A stretch of 64,000 bases of DNA from Leptospira biflexa. Its GTDB lineage: Bacteria > Spirochaetota > Leptospiria > Turneriellales > DYLW01. This document shows, piece by piece, positions 28,050-37,374 of the stretch. The notes under the pieces were generated by a model. It saw nothing but the letters and a program-made list of their open reading frames with translations. It did no database searches and was not told the origin of the DNA. Every line of letters starts with the position of its first letter. Position 1 is the first letter of the stretch. The position numbers and the translations under genes are program-made. Location of the stretch: contig DYLW01000001.1 in the NCBI GenBank assembly GCA_020721865.1, positions 13,563 through 77,562 of the forward strand, in the 5' to 3' direction.

Positions 28050-29521
28050 TTTATCCATAAACGGGGCAGACCCAATGCCAGGATGGGGAGTAATTCCAGA
28101 CGCCCCAACAGCATATAGAAAGATAAAATCCATTTGGCGTAATCCGGCAGAGCGGAATAATTCTGGGACGGCCCCACTTCCCCAAATCCAGGGCCAATAT
28201 TGCTGATGCAAGCCACCACCACTGAGGCAATTGTCTCAAAATTTTTCCCTGTGAGAGAAAGAAGAATAATCCCCAGGATATAAAGCAGAATATAAATAAT
28301 CACAAAAGAATTAATGGACTCCACAGTTTCTCTGGGAATCCTCATTTCCCCAAAACGAATAGTATACACCCTGGATGGATGGACAATCTGCCCAATCTGC
28401 CGAATGGCTTCTCTGGTCAGGGTCATCACCCGGATAACCTTAATACCTCCGGCGGTGGAACCCGCTGACCCGCCTATAAACATTAAAAAGAGAAGAATAA
28501 ATTTGGAAAAAGTTGGCCATTTATCAAAGTCTTCCGTGCCATATCCGGTGGTGGAAACAATGCTCAATGTGGCAAAAGAGGAATGCCGGATTATCTCCCC
28601 CAAGGAATTATAAATTTTATTTGCATATAAATCCAAAGCTATTGACAGTATGGCAAATGTAACAATGGAAAAATAAAAGCGGAATTCATAGTTTTCCCAA
28701 TATGCCCGGAAATTTCCTTTCAGTCCCTCATAATGAAGGGCAAAATTACCGCCGGCAATAAACATGAACAGGATAATCACCACTTCATAGTACAGAGCCA
28801 TGGGATGGTGAACCTTCGCGTAATGGCCAATGGAAGCATTCAGAGGAGAAAATCCCCCTGTGCCCATTGTACCAAAAGTATGGGTGGCGGATTCAAAAAT
28901 ATTCATTCCCCCTAAAAACAGAAGAAGAAATAATACAATGGTAAGAATTGTATATACATAGTATAAAATCCTGGCGGTTTCTCCAATCCGGGGGACAATC
29001 TTATCTGTGGAAGGACCGGGTGCTTCCGCAGAAAACAATTCCGTCCCTCCCCGCCCCAATGCCGGTAAGATGGCGACAGAAAGAACAACAATTCCCATCC
29101 CTCCCAACCAGTGGGTGAATGATCTCCATAGAAGAGTGGTATGTCCCAGAACTTCAATATTGGACAAAATGGAAGCTCCGGTAGTGGTAAATCCGCTCAT
29201 GCTTTCAAAATACGCATCCGTGAAGGATGGAATATCTCCGGATATATATAGCGGGAGGGCTCCAAAGAAGGCAAGGATGATCCACCCCAGCCCGGATGTG
29301 GCAAACGCCTCCCGGAATGTGATATTTTGTTTTTCCACTTTTCCGGCAGCCAATATCAGAAAAAAACCCACGAAGGCGGCAATAACGCCTGGGGTAAGGA
29401 AGAAAACACCCTGGTTTTCCAAAGGATAAATAATATATCCAACGAAAGCAAATACAAAAAAGAACCCGGACAATAAAAAAATAAGCCTTCCCAGAATGGA
29501 TGTAAGTATCGCGTAGTTCAT
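28046..29521 (-). CDS. trkH: Trk potassium uptake membrane protein TrkH
   Basis: FESMSGFTTTGAS, WLGGMG, TGGFS, STTGY, GSTAGGIK, SNIGPG, GRLE. Confidence 0.96.
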   Translation of the reverse strand: MNYAILTSILGRLIFLLSGFFFVFAFVGYIIYPLENQGVFFLTPGVIAAFVGFFLILAAGKVEKQNITFREAFATSGLGWIILAFFGALPLYISGDIPSFTDAYFESMSGFTTTGASILSNIEVLGHTTLLWRSFTHWLGGMGIVVLSVAILPALGRGGTELFSAEAPGPSTDKIVPRIGETARILYYVYTILTIVLFLLLFLGGMNIFESATHTFGTMGTGGFSPLNASIGHYAKVHHPMALYYEVVIILFMFIAGGNFALHYEGLKGNFRAYWENYEFRFYFSIVTFAILSIALDLYANKIYNSLGEIIRHSSFATLSIVSTTGYGTEDFDKWPTFSKFILLFLMFIGGSAGSTAGGIKVIRVMTLTREAIRQIGQIVHPSRVYTIRFGEMRIPRETVESINSFVIIYILLYILGIILLSLTGKNFETIASVVVACISNIGPGFGEVGPSQNYSALPDYAKWILSFYMLLGRLELLPILALGLPRLWIK

Positions 29522-29523
29522 AG

Positions 29524-30993
29524 TTAAAATATATCGTTTATTTTATCAATCAGGTTTCGCCTGGCAAAAATAATAATATGGTCATTGGCTTCCAGAACAG
29601 TGTTGCCTTTTGCGGGTACCATCTCTCCATTTCTAAATATTCCCACAATAATTGATTCCCGTGGCAATTCACACTCAGAGATAGGCTTACCCAGAGCCCG
29701 CCCGTTTTCCTGGAGAATGAATTCCATCAATTCAATATCATCCCCAATAGCGGAAATAACATCAAATACATTGTAATGGAAAATACGCAGTAATTTCTCC
29801 ACCAGAAGATGTTTGGGAACAATGGCTGCATCCACCGCCAGATACGGCATCAACTGGACAAATTGGGTGTCCTGGATAATGGCAATGGTTCGGGCTCCGG
29901 TTTTTTCCTTTACCATCAGGCTGCTCAGAATATTATTTTTCTCATCATTGGAAGCAGCAATAAAAATACAGTTTTCATCCAAACCCTCATCTTTCAGGAT
30001 ATCCATCCGGTCAAAATCAATGTTTAAAACCTGGATTTTTTCCCGGTAATAATCCGTAATATAATATGATCTTCGTTTATCTTTTATCAGAAGGTACACT
30101 GTTTTCCCAGAATATTTCTCAACCAGGCGTTCTGCCAGCCGCTCAGAAAAAATACCCCCGCCCAGAATAAAAATATGTTTGAAACTTTTTTTTATTTCCG
30201 GGTCAAAGATTTCCCCCACCCCATCAAAGGAATCTTTTTTACCACTGATGTACAGCAGATCTCCCGTTTTTATCACGTAGTCACCACGGGGAATCACTGT
30301 TTTGTCGATGGTCCTTTCCACTTCCACCCGATCACCCCGGAACAGGGAAAAAAAACCGGGCTTTTTCTCCTCGACAACCATATTCGTGGTCACTGCCGCC
30401 ACCAGAAGATCTTCAAATTTTTTCACATGCTGCAACCCCACCAGCCGTTTTCCGGAGAGGAGAGAATTTTCTTTTACTCTGTACACATTTATCTGGAGCC
30501 TTCCCTCATGGAGAGGAATGGTATCGATTGTCCCCGGATTCTCAATTAAGTTTTCAATTTCCCTGGTGGCAATAGCTGTCTGGTTAAATAAAAGGTCAAT
30601 CCCATTGTCTTTCCAGTAATTTTTACTGATGGGAGAATCTTCGTATTCCCGGTAAAAACTCCTGTATACTCTGGCTATAGTGGTGGGGCAGCCATGGGCT
30701 CGGGCCATCTGGCAGGCCAGAATATTAACCTCATCATAGTTGGTCACGGCAATGAGCATATCATCGCGAGTAAACTGCAATTTGGAAAGAAGAGACGGAT
30801 CGCAGCCATGGCCATGGATAAAGGAGGCATCCACACTTTTCGCCTGTTCCCGGATGGTCTCATCTTCATCCACTAATATCACATTAAAACCCTCATCACT
30901 CAGTCTGCCAACCAGATACATCCCAATCTGGCCTGCTCCGATGACAATGATTCTCTTGGGGGGAGAGTTTCTGATCTTATTGCCAGAGTCCAT
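29524..30993 (-). CDS. trkA: Trk potassium uptake regulatory subunit TrkA (tandem RCK domains)
   Basis: IIVIGAGQIG, AVT..DEVN, TIAR, IPRGD, second RCK unit. Adjacent to trkH. Confidence 0.9.
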   Translation of the reverse strand: MDSGNKIRNSPPKRIIVIGAGQIGMYLVGRLSDEGFNVILVDEDETIREQAKSVDASFIHGHGCDPSLLSKLQFTRDDMLIAVTNYDEVNILACQMARAHGCPTTIARVYRSFYREYEDSPISKNYWKDNGIDLLFNQTAIATREIENLIENPGTIDTIPLHEGRLQINVYRVKENSLLSGKRLVGLQHVKKFEDLLVAAVTTNMVVEEKKPGFFSLFRGDRVEVERTIDKTVIPRGDYVIKTGDLLYISGKKDSFDGVGEIFDPEIKKSFKHIFILGGGIFSERLAERLVEKYSGKTVYLLIKDKRRSYYITDYYREKIQVLNIDFDRMDILKDEGLDENCIFIAASNDEKNNILSSLMVKEKTGARTIAIIQDTQFVQLMPYLAVDAAIVPKHLLVEKLLRIFHYNVFDVISAIGDDIELMEFILQENGRALGKPISECELPRESIIVGIFRNGEMVPAKGNTVLEANDHIIIFARRNLIDKINDIF

Positions 30994-30996
30994 AGC

Positions 30997-31305
30997 CTAT
31001 TGAACATGCCTCCGCTGTAATTCCCGGGAAACATCTTCCCATGTTATCCCAATTTCAGCAAAAGCCACGGTCAAATGGTAAATAAGATCGGCCGCTTCCG
31101 ACACTGCCCGATTTTGTGAGTCCGGATAATTATTTTCCCGCAAATTTTTCGCATCCAGAATAAATTCCACACTTTCTTCACCCACCTTCTGGAGAATTTT
31201 ATCCACCCCTTTCTGAAAAAGCCGGGTAGTGTACGAGCCTTCCGGCATTTCCCGTTTTCTCTGGTGAATGATTTTTTCCAGAGTGATAACAAACAAGTCA
31301 TCCAT
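30997..31305 (-). CDS. hisE: Phosphoribosyl-ATP pyrophosphatase (monofunctional)
   Basis: SYTTRLF..G..KI..KVGEE..E, EAADLIYH. Confidence 0.94.
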   Translation of the reverse strand: MDDLFVITLEKIIHQRKREMPEGSYTTRLFQKGVDKILQKVGEESVEFILDAKNLRENNYPDSQNRAVSEAADLIYHLTVAFAEIGITWEDVSRELQRRHVQ

Positions 31306-31335
31306 AATCCATTGGCTTATTAAATCACATATTGT

Positions 31336-32448
31336 CTATCCATTATCATTGTTCTCCCGCATTATATTCAGAAGAATACCAAACATGGCACAATACACCA
31401 GAAGAGATGTCCCCCCATAGCTCATGAAGGGCATATTGATTCCCGTGGTGGGCACCAGTCCCATGGTAACGGCAATATTGATGGTTACCTGAAAAGCAAA
31501 AATCAAAATGATACCGCTACCCAGGAGCCGCCCAAAATTCTCTTCTATGGACGATATCAAATACAAGGAGTAGAGAATAATTCCCAGATAGGCTGCATAA
31601 AGAATAAAAATTCCGGCAAATCCCAGGTCTTCCGCAACCACAGACAGGATAAAATCGGTATGGCGGGCGGACAGATTATGCCGGCGGATTCCCTCTCCCA
31701 ATCCCTGCCCGAATACACCTCCGGCCTCAAAAGACTGGAAAGAGGCAATCAACTGGTATGCTCCTTCATAGCGATAACGGATGGGATCAATAAACGCTTT
31801 AATTCTATCCCAACGGTAGGGGACCTGCACCACTCCATAATAAATAACGGGAAAAGAGGTTATGATTGTTAAAAAAATATAAACCAGTGGGAAGTCTGTT
31901 AAAAAAAGCAAAGCCAGAATAACAATGCCAAAATGGAAAGCGGTACTGAAATCCGGTTCCAAAAAAATTAGTCCAACAGGAAGCATCGCTAACAGAAAAG
32001 TCAAGGCGGTTCGTTTAATCCCCTGAAAATTATTGTTAGAATACAGCCGTGTCAGAAGCACAACAACGGCAAAACGGGCCAGATCGGAAGGCTGTATGGA
32101 AATTATCCCCAGATTAATCCATCGGCTGGCCCCGCCCGCTTTTTTTCCCAACCCCGGAACAAAAACCAGAGTAAGCAGAAGAATCGAGATCATATAAATG
32201 GGCCAGGCAAACTCCTTCCATTTCATATAATGAACTCTGCTCAGAAAAAAAAGAAGCCCCAAACCCATCAAAGCAAACAATGCCTGTTTTTTCAGATAAT
32301 AATACGGATCCCCAAATTCCTGTCTGGCCAGAAAGGAAGAGGATGCAAGGAGAACATTCAATCCCAAAAACAGAAGGAATATAATGAAACCGAATAAAAT
32401 ATAATTACTCTTTTTTTCGGAATGCAATCTATCTGCAATATAATCCAT
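31336..32448 (-). CDS. ftsW: SEDS-family peptidoglycan glycosyltransferase, FtsW-like
   Basis: About 10 TM helices. DPYYYLKKQ, GASRWI, IQPS, EPD, YQ, HTDFI, PTTG..MPFMSYGGTS. Confidence 0.85.
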   Translation of the reverse strand: MDYIADRLHSEKKSNYILFGFIIFLLFLGLNVLLASSSFLARQEFGDPYYYLKKQALFALMGLGLLFFLSRVHYMKWKEFAWPIYMISILLLTLVFVPGLGKKAGGASRWINLGIISIQPSDLARFAVVVLLTRLYSNNNFQGIKRTALTFLLAMLPVGLIFLEPDFSTAFHFGIVILALLFLTDFPLVYIFLTIITSFPVIYYGVVQVPYRWDRIKAFIDPIRYRYEGAYQLIASFQSFEAGGVFGQGLGEGIRRHNLSARHTDFILSVVAEDLGFAGIFILYAAYLGIILYSLYLISSIEENFGRLLGSGIILIFAFQVTINIAVTMGLVPTTGINMPFMSYGGTSLLVYCAMFGILLNIMRENNDNG

Positions 32449-32456
32449 TTTTGCCT

Positions 32457-33539
32457 TCAGAACCCGCCCGCACTTTTCAGCTTGATTTCCTTTTCGGCCA
32501 GAAAAAGTGCTTGGAATAAATCATCCATATTCCCCGCCAATATTCCATCCAAATTATGGGAAGTAAAATGAATTCGGTGGTCAGTGAGCCGATTCTGGGG
32601 GAAATTATAGGTACGTATCTTTTCAGACCGGTCACCGGAACCAATCTGCATTTTCTTTTCTGCGGACATTTTCTCATGGGATTCCTCTTTGATTTTTTCC
32701 TGTAAACGGGCATTCAGTATCCGCAAAGCCTTTGCCTTATTTTTATGCTGGGATTTTTCATCCTGGCAGGAAACGACCAGACCAGTCGGGATATGCGTTA
32801 CCCGGACAGCAGAATCCGTTGTGTTCACAGACTGACCACCCGGACCGGAGGAGCGGTAGACATCAATCCGGAGTTCATTGGGTTCAATAACCATCTCTTG
32901 TTCATCCGCCTCCGGAACCACCGCAACGGTGACAGCGGAAGTATGGATTCTTCCTCCGGATTCTGTCTCCGGTATCCTCTGCACCCGATGAGTGCCTTTT
33001 TCAAAATGAAAATAATTATAGGCCTGCTCCCCCTTAACCAGAAACACGACCTCTTTAAAACCTTTTAAACCCGTCTCCTGGATGTCCATCACTTCATAGG
33101 GAATTTTATTGCTCTCCATAAACCGTGTATACATTTTGTATAAATCCGCCGCAAAAAGAGCTGCTTCTTCTCCACCGGTTCCTGCCCGGATTTCTACAAA
33201 AACATTTTTTCCGGAATCCGGATCCTGGGGAAGCATCAGGATTTTTATATCTTCTTCCAGATGTTCCATGCTCTGCTCCAGATGATCAATTTCTTCTAAA
33301 AGCATATTTTTCAGTTCGGAGTCCTTTTCCAGAGATATCTGGTCTTTGAGTGCTTTTTTTTGCTTTGCACTTTCCTGGATTTCGCGTATCTTCTCCACTA
33401 ATGGCTGCAATTGGTTTCGTTTGCGGGAAAGTTCAATCATCCGGTTGTTATCCCGCGATGTCTCCGGCATGGATAATTCGCTCACAATCTCATCATAAGC
33501 ATTCAGAATTTCATCGTATCTGCGCTCATCCTCGTGCAT
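32457..33539 (-). CDS. prfA: Peptide chain release factor 1
   Basis: EIRAGTGG.EA, HRVQRIPETE (PxT = RF1), GPGGQSVN, IRTYNFPQNR. Confidence 0.97.
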   Translation of the reverse strand: MHEDERRYDEILNAYDEIVSELSMPETSRDNNRMIELSRKRNQLQPLVEKIREIQESAKQKKALKDQISLEKDSELKNMLLEEIDHLEQSMEHLEEDIKILMLPQDPDSGKNVFVEIRAGTGGEEAALFAADLYKMYTRFMESNKIPYEVMDIQETGLKGFKEVVFLVKGEQAYNYFHFEKGTHRVQRIPETESGGRIHTSAVTVAVVPEADEQEMVIEPNELRIDVYRSSGPGGQSVNTTDSAVRVTHIPTGLVVSCQDEKSQHKNKAKALRILNARLQEKIKEESHEKMSAEKKMQIGSGDRSEKIRTYNFPQNRLTDHRIHFTSHNLDGILAGNMDDLFQALFLAEKEIKLKSAGGF

Positions 33540-33580
33540 TGGGCAATCTTAAGATAGGAAACGGGCAATCAATTCTTTTG

Positions 33581-35488
33581 CTACAGCCGGAAGAAGTCCA
33601 CCGCTTTTTTCAGTTCCTTTGCTTTCTCAACCAAAGTCATGGCGGTGGCGGAAAGCTCTTCTGATGCGGAGGCAGTAGTCCGGGTGGTGGTGTTCAATTG
33701 TTCCATCCCGATATTGACCTCACTGACACCATGAAGCTGCTCCCGGGAAGACGTTTTAATGGCCTCCACATTTACCGCCGTATCCCCGGAGGCAGGAATA
33801 ATGGCCATGATATCATTCCCAGTGGTTTCCGCCACGGACACACTGGAATGGGCCAGCTCGCTGATTTCTTTGGAGGCATGGGAAGCCTCATCGGCCAGTT
33901 TATTGATCTCATTGGCCACCACGGCAAACCCCTTCCCCATTTCTCCGGAACGGGCAGCTTCTATGGTAGCGTTCAGAGCCAGAAGATTGGTCTGCTCGGC
34001 TATGCTTTTAATAATGCCGATTTTTTCTGAAATTTTCAGAAGAGCATCCAGAGATCGTTTCACGGATTCCCCTCCGGCTTTTGCCAGATTGGAAGACCGT
34101 GCAGCCAGGGCATTGGTTTCGTTTGCTTTATCCAGATTGGATGAAATATTTTCCTCAATGTTAGATAAAGTGGCAGAAATCTCCTCCACACTGGCCGCCT
34201 GTTCGGAAGCACTCTGGGAAAGTCTCTGGCTGGTGGCCTCAATTTCCGATGAGAAGGACAACACCTCTTCCGTATTTTTTATTATGGAAGAAATAGTGTC
34301 CTTCAATATTTCCGCCGTTTTCAAGATTTTATTCACAATTTTTCCGATTTCATCATCATTGAATTGGACATCCAGAGTAAAAGACAAATCTCCGGAAGAT
34401 ATTGAATCGGCCACTTCCACGGCATGAGCCAGAGGCCGAAAGATCATTTTACGAAAAACAAACCGGATAATCAGAAAAACAAAAAGGACGGAGATTATTA
34501 ACAAAACCGGAATCAATACCAGAAGCAGATTCATTTCCCGCTGCCCATCAGAAAAATCCCGGAAAAAAATCCCATAACCAATGATCTTTTTTTCATAATC
34601 CTCTATTGGGAAAATGGAAATAAAATAATTTTCCACAATAGTATGGTTTACCCCGGAATTAAATAAATTGGCCTCTAATTTTTCCGCAATATTCAGAAAT
34701 AATTCCCTATTCGTGGAGGACACAAAAACCATATTTCCCAAAACTGGATTTTTTTCCGGATTCCGCAGTTGATCCGCTACGGAAAGAAATTCCTTTCTCA
34801 TAACCACACTCAGAGTTTCTTTTTCTGAATACTGGATTTTTTGGAAAATTCCATCAAAAGAACCCAACACTTCCACCGTGCCGATTATCTTATTCCCATC
34901 CACGATGGGGCATATCCCACGGATGGCAAATCCATCATTGCCTATTTCAATGCCCTTGATATCCCTCATCTTTCCGGAAGTAATATCCAGGATGGTCTGG
35001 CGAAATCCACGCAAATCATCGGAAATATCCATCCATTTCCCATTTTTTCTGATCTGCTTATCCCGCCACAGACGCACCAGGCTTCGGGCCGGGGGCAGAT
35101 GAAAATGAAGATTCAGCTTCTCCCCTTCCGAAGCCTCAAACTCATCCATATTTTTTTTCAGTGACTTCCGGAGCATCTCCCGGGCAGCCTGGGATTGGGG
35201 AGAGTTTTCATCATTAATATTTCCGGAATACGCCATTTTATACGCCGGAAGAACCGATCTTTCTGTGGAATAAAACAATGCCTGAAGATAACTGGAGTGT
35301 GCAGTCTGCTGGATAAAATGACGGATTTCTTCAATTTTGAGATTATTCAAAGCCTTTGCTTCATTGTCCAATCGTTTACCAATATGAATGAGAAGGAAAA
35401 AAGCGAACAAGGTAAACATGACCAAACTCAGGACAATCACAAAAACAAGGATTTTAATTTCAATGGATTTATTAAATAGTTTTTTCAT
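33581..35488 (-). CDS. Methyl-accepting chemotaxis protein (TM-dCache-TM-HAMP-MCP signal)
   Basis: Start ATG 35488. Periplasmic [10 protein letters not shown]...[52 protein letters not shown]. Confidence 0.95.
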   Translation of the reverse strand: MKKLFNKSIEIKILVFVIVLSLVMFTLFAFFLLIHIGKRLDNEAKALNNLKIEEIRHFIQQTAHSSYLQALFYSTERSVLPAYKMAYSGNINDENSPQSQAAREMLRKSLKKNMDEFEASEGEKLNLHFHLPPARSLVRLWRDKQIRKNGKWMDISDDLRGFRQTILDITSGKMRDIKGIEIGNDGFAIRGICPIVDGNKIIGTVEVLGSFDGIFQKIQYSEKETLSVVMRKEFLSVADQLRNPEKNPVLGNMVFVSSTNRELFLNIAEKLEANLFNSGVNHTIVENYFISIFPIEDYEKKIIGYGIFFRDFSDGQREMNLLLVLIPVLLIISVLFVFLIIRFVFRKMIFRPLAHAVEVADSISSGDLSFTLDVQFNDDEIGKIVNKILKTAEILKDTISSIIKNTEEVLSFSSEIEATSQRLSQSASEQAASVEEISATLSNIEENISSNLDKANETNALAARSSNLAKAGGESVKRSLDALLKISEKIGIIKSIAEQTNLLALNATIEAARSGEMGKGFAVVANEINKLADEASHASKEISELAHSSVSVAETTGNDIMAIIPASGDTAVNVEAIKTSSREQLHGVSEVNIGMEQLNTTTRTTASASEELSATAMTLVEKAKELKKAVDFFRL

Positions 35489-35611
35489 TCTTGGCGATTT
35501 CCGTTCGACGGAATATAATGGCCATTCAATTGATAAAGCAAATTTTAATAAAATCAGGAGAATAGTGAAAATAAATTGACACCTTGTGCGGAAAAAATAA
35601 TCGTATGAACG

Positions 35612-35938
35612 ATGGAGATAAAAACAAGGGATCTGGGACAGCATAAGGTTCTCATTGTAACGGGAGACATTGATTTATATAATGTGGGTCAACTGAAAAA
35701 AGCCATTTTTAACCTGCTGGATGAAGAAGATATTGAGTCTCTGGTTGTGGACATGAGTGGTATTAATTACATGGACTCCTCCGGGGTGGGGGCTCTGGTG
35801 GCTGGACAGAAAAAAGTAAAATCCCAAGGCGGAAAATTCGCCCTGCTGAGTATCAGAGAAGACGTACTCAATATTCTGAAACTGGCCACTCTGGACCAGT
35901 TTTTTACCATATACGAAAACGAAACGGATATTAAATAA
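35612..35938 (+). CDS. Anti-sigma-factor antagonist (STAS domain, RsbV/SpoIIAA-like)
   Basis: [24 protein letters not shown] (contains the phospho-acceptor Ser). Confidence 0.93.
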   Translation: MEIKTRDLGQHKVLIVTGDIDLYNVGQLKKAIFNLLDEEDIESLVVDMSGINYMDSSGVGALVAGQKKVKSQGGKFALLSIREDVLNILKLATLDQFFTIYENETDIK

Positions 35939-35941
35939 CCA

Positions 35942-37012
35942 TTGACCGGTCATAAAATCACAGTTCAAAACATAGCCCTTGTTTTTGGCGGGGTTTCCGG
36001 AGAGCATGAGGTTTCTCTGGTGTCTGCCAGGTTTCTGGCAGAAAATATTATAAAGAATCATTATCAAGTCTATTATCTGTACATTGATAAATCCGGTGTC
36101 TGGCACCATGTAGCCACAATACCGGAAAGCCCGGAGGCAGCAGAAAAAAATCCGGTCTCTCTGAACCTGGCCGATGGGAGCATTACGGACGGAAAGAAGT
36201 TCACCTTTACACCGGACTTTTTTTTCCCGGCCATCCATGGAACCAACGGCGAAGACGGAACCCTGCAAGGACTTCTGGAAATTCTGGATAAACCATACGC
36301 AGGAAATGGGGTCTTTGCGTCCGCTGCCTGCATGGACAAGGGACACTTTCATCGGTTAATGGTGAATCAAGAAATTCCCCAAGTGGCTTATGCCATTCTG
36401 GACAAAAATAATCAGAATAAATATATCCTTCCCGATTTTCCCTTCCCCTGGTTTGTAAAGCCAGCCAATATGGGTAGCTCCGTGGGAGTTCATAAAATAA
36501 AAAACCCGGAAGAAGCTCTCCCCAAAATTCTGGATGCCTTCCAGTATGATGACCATTTGGTCATTGAGAGGGGGTATCGCGTCCGGGAGATTGAGTTTTC
36601 CATATTGGGAAATTATCCGGAGTACCGTGTTTCCATTGCCGGTGAAATTATCCCATCCCATGAGTTTTACTCCTACGAAGCCAAATACAAAGATCCAGGC
36701 GGGGCAAAGCTGGTTGTCCCCGCTCCCCTGTCCCCGGAAATCCTTCGGGCGATGCAGGACACAGCCAAGGACGCATTCCGGGCTGTCCGGGGCGATGGTT
36801 TTGCACGGGTGGATTTTTTTATCGATGCGGACACAGGGGATTATTATTTGAATGAAATTAATACTATCCCCGGTTTTACTCCCATCAGTATGTTCCCGCA
36901 ACTGTGGAACCATTCCGGATTGAAACCGGAGGATCTGGTGAACGACATCATTCTGCTGGGAATTCAAAAATGGGAACAGAAAAAAAACCTGAAAACAGAT
37001 TTTCAGAATTAA
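35942..37012 (+). CDS. ddl: D-alanine--D-alanine ligase
   Basis: FGG.SGEHEVS, HGTNGEDGTLQG, MDK, VKPANMGSSVG, REIE, FYSYEAKY, NEINTIPGFT. Confidence 0.96.
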   Translation: MTGHKITVQNIALVFGGVSGEHEVSLVSARFLAENIIKNHYQVYYLYIDKSGVWHHVATIPESPEAAEKNPVSLNLADGSITDGKKFTFTPDFFFPAIHGTNGEDGTLQGLLEILDKPYAGNGVFASAACMDKGHFHRLMVNQEIPQVAYAILDKNNQNKYILPDFPFPWFVKPANMGSSVGVHKIKNPEEALPKILDAFQYDDHLVIERGYRVREIEFSILGNYPEYRVSIAGEIIPSHEFYSYEAKYKDPGGAKLVVPAPLSPEILRAMQDTAKDAFRAVRGDGFARVDFFIDADTGDYYLNEINTIPGFTPISMFPQLWNHSGLKPEDLVNDIILLGIQKWEQKKNLKTDFQN

Positions 37013-37353
37013 AGTATACCCTGTCGTACCATTATTACCCATCGGCCAAAGAAAGTCATAAAGAAGGTCATTTTGATCTGTTTTTCTATCTGGATTCCTG
37101 GGATAACCTGCTCCACTACAAAGCCCCCACTGACCACTACCGGACGCTTATCCGATTCTGGAAGGGAAAACCCCACCGGGGGGTGTACCGGGATTACTCC
37201 GGTCCAATCTCTGGGCAGAGAGGACGGATCCGGGTGCTGCAAAAGGGCATTCTATCCTTTCCTGAAGAATTCCCTGAGGACTTTGCGGCATCCATTACAC
37301 CGGACGGTATCCGGATTCTTTGGGAAAAACCACAAATGGCTTTACCGAATTAA
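36970..37353 (+). CDS. Small stand-alone LigD 3'-phosphoesterase (LigD_N)-like protein
   Basis: YH....HFDL, PHRGVY.DYSGPISGQRG...LQKG. Fills the ddl-cyclase gap; start uncertain. Confidence 0.6.
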   Translation: MGTEKKPENRFSELKYTLSYHYYPSAKESHKEGHFDLFFYLDSWDNLLHYKAPTDHYRTLIRFWKGKPHRGVYRDYSGPISGQRGRIRVLQKGILSFPEEFPEDFAASITPDGIRILWEKPQMALPN

Positions 37354-37374
37354 ACCATAATACAGGATGGAATT

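Noticed and set aside
35499..35513. TTCCGT-TCG-ACGGAA hairpin upstream of the chemoreceptor
   Set aside because: A 6-bp stem with no U-tract is within chance expectation.
35942..37012. Van-type D-Ala-D-Lac ligase
   Set aside because: The omega loop FYSYEAKY has the Tyr of D-Ala-D-Ala ligases, and no vanH/X genes are present.
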